The notes beneath the pieces are model-generated. The model saw only the letters and a list, made by a program, of their open reading frames with translations, had not been told where the DNA came from and did no database searches. From Octopus bimaculoides (Eukaryota), in NCBI RefSeq assembly GCF_001194135.2, contig NC_068988.1, positions 80,642,970 through 80,706,969 of the forward strand: a stretch of DNA of 64,000 nucleotides, given 5' to 3'. Each line of letters starts with the position of its first letter. Position 1 is the stretch's first letter. Positions 41,101 to 52,581 of the stretch are shown in pieces. The translations under genes and the position numbers were made by a program.

Positions 41101-44100
41101 GTGAAACGTGACTGTTCTTTTGATGAACGGGGCTTCACTGACCTTTTTCCGAATAACTGGAAACTTGAAATGAATGCTTATATTTAGTTTTAGAGTGTGT
41201 ATGAATACATATATACGAATAGATAGATGTGTATGTATATATACATATATATTTATGTATAGTATATCGCATGTATATATTTGTTTGTATGTATAGAGAG
41301 ACGGAAAGTTTGGTACAAGAGATATGTTTTGTCTATTTTTAGCTCTTGGAGAAATCTGTAGGAACAGCCTAACTTCATATTGTGTGTGTGTGTGTGTGTG
41401 TGCATGTATGTATATATATAAATATACTTACATCAGGTACACGCTTGCGCACGCACACAATCACACACATACGCACATTACACTTGCGTGCACTAGCGCC
41501 CGTAGTTAACCTATTGAACAGAATCGAAATTATCTTGTTTGCTAAAAATTGCTATTTCTTCAGATTTGTATGTTTTAAATATCGGGGATTACGACTCTGC
41601 AAAATTAAAAAATTCTTCGAATTTTGAATTTTTTCTAATTTTCACTCTCATCGCCTCTCCGAAATTTTTCAGGATCTTTTTCTGCAAAAAAAAAAAAGAA
41701 AAACCGAAGTTCCAAATTTTTCTTTTGCCAATTTTGCTCCATTACCCTCCTTTCTGTAACTTTTTCAGTTTTGACTATTTCTCAATTTTTTTAATCATCG
41801 AAAATTACAGTTATGCAGAAATAGAATTTTCACATTCAATTTACAGTTTCATCTGGATTTTTTACATACGTGGAATGTAGGCAAAAAATTCAAATTTTGA
41901 AACAATCTTGAGGGTGAGGGGCAGTATCGTAGTCTCTAATGNNNNNNNNNNNNNNNNNNNNNNNNNNNNNNNNNNNNNNNNNNNNNNNNNNNNNNNNNNN
42001 NNNNNNNNNNNNNNNNNNNNNNNNNNNNNNNNNNNNNNNNNNNNNNNNNNNNNNNNNNNNNNNNNNNNNNNNNNNNNNNNNNNNNNNNNNNNNNNNNNNN
42101 NNNNNNNNNNNNNNNNNNNNNNNNNNNNNNNNNNNNNNNNNNNNNNNNNNNNNNNNNNNNNNNNNNNNNNNNNNNNNNNNNNNNNNNNNNNNNNNNNNNN
42201 NNNNNNNNNNNNNNNNNNNNNNACAAAAAATGTAGAAAATTACAGTAGAATAGACATATTATAATTGTGGTAACATTTAAAATCCAAGTGGGAAGAAGAA
42301 TACATAAAAATCCATCTTGACATAGCCAAGGCTAGCAGGCTAGTAATTAGTTCTAGGTAGAATTCTAACTGTCTCTGATTTTATTGTCTCTTATCTAGTG
42401 GTTATAGTATAAGGGGCAATCACTTCTAAGGAAAGGGAAGGTGTAAGCATTATACATGGATATGGTTATAAAGGTTTCTCTGGTCAGAGTGGCAACACTA
42501 TTTTAGGTTGGGGTTTTTTTACTGCTATCATAATGTTGGGGAATTAAACCTTAAGCATTTAGGTCAACAGGGCTTTTTCTTTAGTCTGAATGAAGCATCA
42601 GTATTGTTTTACATATACTAAGTATGGGAAATTTATATATATACAGTGGGACTGTACCCGGAACCATGTGGTTGGTAAGCAAGCTACTTACCACACAGCC
42701 ACTCCTGCGCCTATATATGTGTGTGTGTGTGTGTGTATTGTGGCCATCCATACATACAGGTGTGTCCTTTATGGCCATAACCTCACTCCTTCTCCCAGCT
42801 GATAGGTCTTTGTTTTGCAAGTACCAGTGCCACATAATATGCACTTCTACTGGTGCCACATTAAATCCGTTCATGCCAGTGTCACATAAAAGTGTCAGTA
42901 ACATGGTTGGCATTAGGAAAGTCTCCAGCCATAGAAACCATGCCAAAACAATTGGAGTTAAACAATCCAATCCATGCCAACATGGGGAAACAGACGCTAA
43001 ATGCTGCTGCTGCTGCTGATGATGATGATGAATTATCATCATCTTTAAACATTCATCTTCATCTTCCATGTTGGTGTGGGTTAAATGATTTGGCAGGATC
43101 TGACAGGTCAGAACTGCATCATGCTCCAGTGCCTGCTTTGACATAGTTCCTATGGTTAGATGCCTTTCCTAACGCCAATCATTTTACAGTTTGTACTGGG
43201 TGCTTTCCTTCTGGCACTAGCACTAGCAAGGGCGTTATGCTGCTTGTAAGACTAAGGTACCTTTCAACTGAGTAAGGCTGCAGTTGAGAGGAAAGCATCC
43301 TTATGCCAGGAAGTGAGAGGGTAAAGTATGGAAGAAGGGGCCAGAACAGAATAGGTTTCTTGCTATGGAAAAATTACATAACTGCTCACATTATAGAAGA
43401 GTTGGTGTGAGTAACCAGGGTGGAACTAGAAAGAGAAATAAAATAGAGATGCAGTGTCAAAGTAGACCTTCAAGCTAACTAAAAGTGATTGAGAATCAGA
43501 ACAAAAAGTGAGTAGGGTTGCAAAAGTATGTGAAGAAAGTGAGAGAGGGTTAGAGATGGGGAATGAGTGAAGGGGCAGATATAAAGAACAATGACAGAAG
43601 GATGGTTGATGATAGATAGAGAGAGAAAAGTAGGTGATGACTAGTGATTGAGTAATGAATGGTAGACAAGGGTGGAGGACTGATCAATGATGCATATGAA
43701 TTGGGGGAAGGCAATAATTGATGACTGTCAGTACAGAAGTGTGTGAAGAGCAGCAGAATAGTAATGATAATACAGTAGACTGGCGAAGATGAGAGAGTGG
43801 GAAATGATGTGTGGGTGGGCAAGCTGTATGGGGGGGGGGTTAAGGGAGAGGAAGATGTAATATGTGAGGAGAGTGAGCTGTGTGGAAGTTGAGAAGGAGA
43901 ATAGTAGTACAGAAGTATGATCAGTGTAAAATATGAGTGGAGAAGGATAATATTAAGAATTAAAGATGGGTGACAAGTGAAGTAGTGCCAAGAAGTGAGA
44001 AAAAATAACTGGTGTCACAGTTATGAGCATAATTGAGAGGTCTGAAAGAGAGATGGGTGGTAAAGGCTTGAGGAAGAAACTGAACAAGGAGCAAGTTGTG

Positions 44101-44777
44101 TGTGTATATTTGTGTGGCTTAGTGTCTATTCTCCTTGTCTTCACATGTGTATGCTGATTATGAGCAAAGGTCATCAATCATTCAAAATGGTGTCATTTGT
44201 TTTTAATCCTGTGTGAAAGTATGTCTAGAGTGATCACTAGCTAGCCATCATGTTCTCATACCTCTGTTGTTGTTACCATGGTAAAATGCACTTTGTAAAA
44301 TGATTGGTAATAGGAAGGATAGCCAGCCATAAAAATCAAGCCAAAGAATGAAATGTGGACCACAACTTATCTATGAAAGCACCAACGACCTGTCTAACCC
44401 ATGCCAATATAACAATCAAACATGAAACACCACAACTGTCAATGATAAATGTTCACAGTAGCATTAAAGATAATTCTAAAGCTATGGTATTCCTAAAAGC
44501 AAATGTCCCAACATTTAAGAAAATGTGTTTCCACTGGAGATTATGGGAGGATCTGACATTTAGAAAATTACAAAACACTAATTAGATTTAAGATTGCAGA
44601 AGAAATAGTGAAATTTTAAAATTACCAAAATTATCAACTGCCATTTGTGAAAACCTGGATGACAGGTAGAAGTGAAAGAAATTTATTTAATGCTCGTTTT
44701 GAAGTGTTAGCAAGTATAAAACATGAAAAAATGAATATAATTTTTGGTCTTGTGACCAGAAATTTGTAGTGGGTTGT

Positions 44778-45545
44778 TAGTCAATTAAATCATCCCCAGT
44801 ATTTGACTGGTACTTTATTTATTGAACCTAAAAGGATAAAAGGCAAAGCTGACTTCAACAAAATTTAATCTCAGAATGTAAAGAACTGAAACAAATGCCA
44901 CAATGCTTTTTGTCCAATGTTCTAACCATTCTGCCAATTCATCATCATAATAATAATTCTATCTAATATTGGTACAAGGCTGGCAATTTTGAAGGAAAGT
45001 ACTTTTCTGGCTCAGTGTAATTTTATTGATCCCAAAGTTGACATTGGTGGAATTTGAGCTCAGAATGTAAAGAGGTGAAAAAAATACCACTAAGCATTTT
45101 TTCCAAATGTGCTAATGATTCTGCTAGCTTGCCATCTTAAATGGTTTCAAATTTTGGCTCAGCTCAAGGCCATCAATTTTAGGGAGAGTAAGTTGATTAT
45201 ATCAACCTTACTGTTCTACTGATACTTAATTTATTAAGCCCAAAAGGTTGAAAGGCAAAGTCAACCATGGCAGAATTTGAACTCAAAGCATAAAGAGTCA
45301 TAAAAAGTACCATTTTATATTTTATTCAGTGCTTTTACAATTCTTCCAGCTCACTACCTTCATCATCATTATGATAATAATAAGACCAGCAATTTTAGCG
45401 AAAGGGAATTAATTATATTGACAAAGTGCTTGTTACTAACTAGGCACAATGCTGGAAATTTGGAAGGAAGAGGGAACTAGCTGATTAAATTGATCCTAGT
45501 ACTTATTTTATTGATCTTAGAGGGATAAAAAGCAAAGTTGATTTC
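44778..45545 (-). mobile_element. Tandem cluster of 4-5 same-orientation SINE copies (family with the GTCGACTTTGCCTTTCATCC core)
   Basis: Repeated aaaggataaaaggcaaag...gaatttgaactcagaa blocks at about 44780, 44965, 45145 and 45445. Confidence 0.7.
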
Positions 45546-46289
45546 TGTTGCAAACATTCAGACCAAGTCTTGAGTTTTAGGATAACTCAGTATCTTCTTC
45601 CACTGAGTCCTTCTACTGCAGCAACAATCCAAGAGTTCTCGTTTCTCTACCTCTTCCCCGCCACTAGTCTGCACAGGATTATGGGTTCTACCTTACCTAT
45701 TTAAGCCACAAACAACAAAAACAAGGTATCTTGGTTTAAAACTCCAGTTTATTGGGTAACCATATAAGGAAGAAAGGAGATGTTTACTACATTTCCTCTC
45801 TCATGTCTCCTACCCTGTAATACTCTTCATTAGATGAGGAAGGGACTCACAAAAACTATAGAATATAAACCCACAAGAAATTTCTAACACCTCTTAAAAA
45901 TGAGAACTTCTCTATAGTTGTTTACCTTGCTAGATCTCCTTTAAATTGGACTCTATTGTCTTTTTAAATGTAAGACGTGTTAGATAATGTATTCCTAGAA
46001 TGACTGTATGAATAAAAGATGAGCTGGTCATTGCCATAATGCCTTTGGTATAAGCCGGCTTAATTATTGTTGACTTAGGAATTGATAAAAATTAAAATGA
46101 CTATCCATCTTTTAAAATGTTGGTGTATTGAGCATTGACAAGAAAAGTTAATTCTACATTAGATTTGAACTCAAGAAATAGAAAATGATGACTAAATACA
46201 GTTTGGTATTTACTATAACACTGCATCTCACCGACACAAAAAAATAAATAAAAATACTTTTCAGCATTATAAGAGTAATTTCATTTTCG

Positions 46290-47060
46290 AGGGCCTCTCC
46301 CTCAGAGAAAAAGGCAGACTGTATGAGGCCTGTATACGAACAGCTATGCTACGTGGCAGTGAAATGTGGACTGTGACTACCGAGGATGTGTGAAGGCTTG
46401 AAATAAATGAAGTCAGTATGCTCCACTGGATGGGTAATGTCAGCGTGCATATATAACAGAGTGTAAGTGATTTGAGAGAAAAACTGGGTATATGTAGCAT
46501 CAGATGTAGTGTGCAAGAGAGAAGACCGCACAAGAACGGTCATGTAATGTGTATGAATGAAGACAGTTGCATCAAGAGGTGCTGGTCTCTAATTTTGGAG
46601 GGAACATGTGGAAGGGGTAGATCCAGGAAGACATGGGTAAAGTGCTGAGAAAAGATCTTCAAATGTTGGACCTCATAGAGGGCATGACGGGACTGAGACT
46701 CCTGGTGGTTTGCTGTGCTTGAAAAGACACGTCAAGCTATATAAAAGCGTGGTTGTCATTGAAAAGAGGCATGACACCTGCATCCCTCTCCAGCTGAATG
46801 TTCCTAATCTTGTGGGCTCGTGGGTGCTGGTGCCACATAAAAAAGCACCCAAACTAGTGCCACGTAAATACACCCATGCTGGTGCTGCATTAAAGTACCC
46901 AGTACACTCTGTAAAGTGGTTGGCATTAGGAAGGGCATCCAGCTATAGAAACCAGGCCAAAACAGACATGGAGCCTGGGCAGCTCTTCAGTTGGTCAGCT
47001 CCTATCAAACCATCCAACCCATGCCAGCATAGAAAAGAGACATTAAATGATGATGATGAG
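46290..47060 (+). mobile_element. RTE LINE 3' fragment (decayed)
   Basis: KGRLYEAC...MLRGSE...GHVMCM...GRGR, then the shared 3'UTR and (GAT)n tail. Confidence 0.85.
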
Positions 47061-50000
47061 TAGTTACACTTCAAATATATTTTGTTAGTTTCTATTGAAA
47101 GTAAAGATTTAGCAGTCATGATTTAGTGGAATCAGCTCTATTTAAGACATTTTTCTTCAGTGTTTCCTGAAACAAAGCAGCCTGTTAAAACATGTCCCTC
47201 TCCAAATAACCACTAAAAGGGTGAACTTAGCACTGAGGACTACAGTTTTTCTGATGTTTATGGCAGCTACTTATCTAAATGGACATTATAATATCCAACT
47301 TAAAAAAGAAGACATATTTGATAATGTAACCTCAGATGCATTGTCTGTAAATGACAGGATGGTCATGACCAGAGTATCTTGGTTCAGAGAAAGAGCTGAA
47401 CTAAGGGAGTAGTCAACCCTGGCACAGATATAAAGGGGTGCAAAATTCTTCTGCACTATAATGCCTTTTAATAAAGGTGTAGGATGTCAAAAGTATCTTC
47501 ACCTTACCCCCAAGTATTGCTTATTACCTATTGACAGCCAAATGAACTGAGCAGTAGATAGTTGTGTATTTATTATGGACCTGCATTGTACCACCAATGC
47601 AAGGATATGACCCAGCAACCTATCAACTGAGCCAGTCAGATGAAACAAATTAAAGCTAAAGCTCCAATGTTATAGCAGTGAAATCATTTTTACACATTCA
47701 GTGATGGGGAAATGAATAAACAAATAAATAAACATATTGAAAGTTATAAAGAATGTGAGAAATGATAATGTAGAGATGTCTGCCATGAGGCAGTGAAGGC
47801 AAGAAATTTGATATGGAAGAAAGTTTACCACCTCAGGTAGACTTTTACTATGGAAGCTCTTAGAAGAGATATCAAAAAAGTCAGCTCTAAAGAGAGCCAT
47901 GCAGTAAAACTTTCTTTAAATAGGTGAAATAGAATGGTGTGTATGTGTGCACGTGTGTGTGTGCAGATGTGCAGGCAGGCATGCGTGTGTGTGTGTGTCC
48001 TTGTATTTATGTTCATGATTGTCTAAAATCTGATGTTGTCGTATGTATTGTGCCCCTTTATTCTTCATCAGTGATTGAACAGAGATAAATGATCTAAGTA
48101 CCAGAGTGAAATAAGAACTTGAGATAGTATGAATGACAGAAGACCCCTGGAGCAGTGCTTTGGCATGGCCCAATGATTAAAAACAGTAAGAAAGAGAATA
48201 AAAACATGTAAAATAATTCTTGATGAATATAGATAAGAAACATTAGATATGTGACAATGTTTATGCAGTGAAAAATCGTGTGGTGGTGGCAGCGGCAGCT
48301 GTATCAGCAGTAGCAGTCATAGTACTAGTAGTCTTTTGTCAAGTTATATTGTGCATATTGTGAAAAATAGGGCAACCAAGTGAAAATATGGAGCAAGCTA
48401 AAAATAAGAAGAATTGAGAAGAAAAAAGTTTTTTATTATGACCCTACTGTCCTTAAAAAAGTAGGTCTCTCATTCTTTTTGATGTTACTTTCATGAAAAC
48501 GTAACTCAAGCATAATTCATTAAACAACAATGAACTCTTCAATTCAAATTATGGTATTTCTTCAACACTGGTGACAAAATGCCAACAAAATGCAATGTCG
48601 ACGTTTTAGCCAGTCATGCTACATTTACTTAATATTCACTTATGCATGAGGAAAGAACGACTAAGAAGTACTTATATAAATTCATGAAATACAAGCAAAA
48701 ATTGGTGCTGGTATTAGATTACTAGTTTCTAAATCATGAGTTCACATCTTAGCATATCTCTGGCTAAGACTTACTTTTTGAATCAATGAGAGAGTCCTTA
48801 TGTAAGGCTTCTCAAACTTTTGACTTTATAGACCCTCCTCTTGCTGCAAAATTGAATTTCGATTCACCAACCCCAAGCAAATTAATTAAATATTAAATTA
48901 AAATAATAACAATTTATCAGTGTTTAATACAGTTTACATGAGAAAAGAATCAGTAAACCATAAATGCAAACATCACTTTTAATGTTTGAATTATTTTTTA
49001 ATGGGAATGATATTTTTGGTAGTCATATAGAAGATCATGAACATAAGGTTGTAAGTTTATGAGTTTGAGCTGAAAATCACCACATTCTGTATTCAAAAGA
49101 CTTTTCTATTTCCTTAGTAAATAATATACATGGCTAGACCCAAATTCCGCTTGAAAAGTCTAGTAAAATAGGCTCAACATTTGCAAAGCTTGGGATATTT
49201 TGCTTCTATAATTTATCTCCTGTGAATTTCTTATTTACTCAATTTCTTATTTACTCAAGTCCTTGAAAAGTCTATGGATCTTCTTATGGGTTTTTTTTTT
49301 CTTTCTGCTGAGATGCTAATCACTTTACAGAGTGTAGTAGTTGCATTTCATCATGGCACCAGCACAAAGGAGGTAGTCTTGTATGCAGTAAAATAAGAGT
49401 TCACATTAATCTGTGCTGATAATTAATGGGTCAGCGTGGAAGAAGGAGAGATGGGAATGACACTGTTAGGTGGAATAATGTAATTGCATGGTACGGAGAG
49501 AGAGAGGGAGAGACACACATACAATCACGCACACACTAACAGCAGCTACATGTTTGCATGTAGGAAAATGTGATGGATGTTAGAATTAAATGTAGATATT
49601 AATATAGTAAATAAAGATCCCTCTAGATGAAACTGATCAAAAAACATTGTGTATATATATATATATATCATCATCATCATCATCATCATCCTTTAATGTC
49701 TGTTTTCCATGCTGGCATGATTTATTGGAGATATATGTAAAAATGATATCTAGAGGTCAAGCTGATCAAAATATAGTGTAGTATTATATATATAGCTTAG
49801 TATATAATGATATTAATAAATACAAAGTTATTACCAGTTCAAATATGCTTGAGGCATGTTTGAACTCATAAGAAGGCTGTTCACTGTGTTTTGTCATGGA
49901 GAAAATTTCTCACTGTAGATAAATGGGTATTAATACATCAAATTAACATGCAGTACCACTTAACCAGACTGTGGGACTGCAAGCTGATGAGAGAGATTTT

Positions 50001-50512
50001 CTCTTTTATGATATTTCCATCATTGTTCAATCACTGGTAGTGCTAATTGGTGGCTCACCATAAACAAAATATGGGGTGACAGATTAATCTAAGAATAGAG
50101 CTTTGCTATGAAATTTTGCTGGGTACAGACATGTTGGTGTGGTTCAGAAGTTCATTTTGCAAATATGTGATTTTGAGTTTTACCCCATTACATGGCACCT
50201 TGGGCAAGTGCCTTCTGTCATAGCCCCAGGGTTGTCAAAACCTTGTAAGTGAAATTTGGTGGATGGAAATTGTATGGGAGTCTGTTAGAGAGACTGTTCC
50301 TGTTGTTGGGGTTATTATTCATCATCACGATTTTAGCACTCATACATGCATCAGTATTTATCAAAGTGTATTTTTTAGGGATGGATGCCCTTCTTGTTGT
50401 CAACCCTTGCCTGTTTCCAAGCAAGGTAATATTTCCCTATGGCCAGATATGTTTACACAGAATATTAGAAATGAATGACACTGTTTGTATGATAGTGATA
50501 TTTGTAGTGAAC

Positions 50513-50677
50513 ATTGGCGGTCAAGCAGGAAAGCAAAACGAAAAAGGGATTTAACAAGAGTAAACCTTCTAGAAACTTCTCAAACATTCTAGAAGCTTCC
50601 GGTTGATGTGAAAGTCAGGGACCTCTGGTTCATCACTTATATAAAGGAACACATTTCTAAATTCGCGCCACTCATTG
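50513..50677 (+). promoter_or_regulatory. Heat-shock-type Pol II promoter: inverted CCAAT (50513-50517), HSE array (50561-50600), TATATAAA (50638-50645), initiator-like CCACTCATT (50668-50676)
   Basis: tAAAc-cTTCt-aGAAa-cTTCt-cAAAc-aTTCt-aGAAg-cTTCc: 8 alternating pentamers in register, 6 perfect. TATA-to-initiator distance is 30-34 nt. Confidence 0.85.
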
Positions 50678-50934
50678 CCTGTTGGTTTTTCTTTCACAAC
50701 GTAAGCTGCTTGGAATATTGCTATTGTTGATACTAATTGTTTTATGTGTATTGTGGTTTCCCATTGTTTATTATTCCATTGGAAATAATTTTGTCTTAAT
50801 TTGTATCCTTCCTCTTGGGGGAGGGTAGAAAAATTAATATTTTGTTTAAAAATTTTTTTTGAACTGCATTCCCTTGTGAAACTTATTTCTTGTATGTAAT
50901 TTTTTGCACTTGCTTGTACAATTTTGTTTACAAA

Positions 50935-52535
50935 ATGGCTGAACAACAACCAAAGAAGTTAAACTTTGCTGCCGTTGTTGGCGGACCAGTGAAAATTGAA
51001 TTGTGTAAGGAAGAAATACAACAGTATTTCAGCATGATAACCGAAAAAGACGGAGACAACGCTATAATGCCTCTAAATGAGATGATTATAAAGACGAAAG
51101 AAACAAACTATTATATACAAATCATTCAACAATGAGAAAAAAAGTTCGAACATCTAGAGGAATCAACTATCGAAAAATGCCTCGGGCCAGTGTTAAAGGA
51201 GATTAAATACATGGCAAGAAGTTGCAGGTTCACTAAAATTGAAGCACGGTTCGAGTCGGTTGAGAAGGCCAGGGACTTCTCGACTCGAACCGTGCAAAGC
51301 AGGAATATTCTGCTTCTGTCCTTGTATTTGGGCAGAAGAACCTCCTGGATCAAAATTAAAAATATACCGCCAAAGGTAGAGGCAGTGTGGATAGCAGCTA
51401 CCATTCTCTTCAGCTGGGAGGAGAAGATAAACATCATCCAGATCACCAGAGATGCCCTGCAAAACTGGCGGGGTCAAACTCTGGAGATCCTGGCTCAGGC
51501 TTCTTTTGAGGACTTAGAAAACCTCCCTGAGACCATTCACATCTGGGAAGAGACGGTCTTGACAGTCAATGTGGAGGGAAGAAGACCACATTGCTTTAAA
51601 TGTAGTAAGTAGGGACATGTAAGACAGAAATGCCTGCAAAATAAGGATAAAGAAGAGGAGAACAAAGATGAAGTGGCACCCTCAGCCAAGGAGGCTGTTA
51701 CCCAGAGGGCAACTGCCTCCACCAATGTAAAAGAAACGCCAGCACCTCCAGCCAAGGAGGCTGTTACACAGAGGGTGTCGGCAAGCACCAAAAATTTAGA
51801 ACCAGCGCCCACAGCCAAAGAGGTTATTACTCAAAAGATGTCAGTGACTACCAATGCATCCCCCACCTGCCAAGAAGGCAGTTACAAGAGTGGAGGCCAA
51901 GGCCATCAACAAAGAGGTGGAGACGCCCCACCCACCAAGGATGTGGTTACACAGAGGGTAAAAATATAGAGGAGGAGATGCCCCCGCTAAGGAGGTGGTT
52001 ACACAGAGAGCGCCTACCTCCTCTAAAACAAATGCAGTGGCACCCCCAGCCATGGAGGCTGCTAAGAGGGCGTCCGCTGTGGACAAACTAACCATGACAC
52101 TGTCGGAAGAGGAAATGGAATTCCAGGTGGTGTCACGCAAATGTACAAAAAAAAATGGAGTCGCCACAAAAAAGTGATTAGAAAGATTGAGAAATCACAA
52201 TAATCCCCAACGAAGGACAAAATGGGTTTGAGATGGGTACAATTATCAAATAAGGAAGAAATTGTGGTAGCAGCATATAAAAAACACGATAAATACCTGG
52301 ATAGAGTTATTAAGCTGCACCATATAACACAATTAATAATAATGTAAATATAGTAAAGATGCTGAGAGAACTCTTTTTAGAGTTAAAAGAGAGACAAAGG
52401 AAAGACATTGTGGGAGTGAGGGATCTTCTTAAAATATTCAACCTGCCGATGGAACCATTTTTAGATGAGAAGGAAGAGGAGGAGGGGATGATCCTAGTGG
52501 TACTAAGGACTACCCAACTAGAAAAAACCAAATGA
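50935..52535 (+). pseudogene. LINE ORF1 (disrupted): RRM-like region, CCHC zinc knuckle, Pro/Ala/Thr repeat linker
   Basis: Starts MAEQQPKKLNFAAVVGG. Contains IKIKNIPP and CFKCSK*GHVRQKC (CX2CX4HX4C). In-frame stops at 51133 and 51610, frameshifts after about 51860. 3' end approximate. Confidence 0.8.
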
Positions 52536-52581
52536 GCAAGGTAAGCTCTGAATTTTTCTTCCTTTTTCACCTTAATATGAC

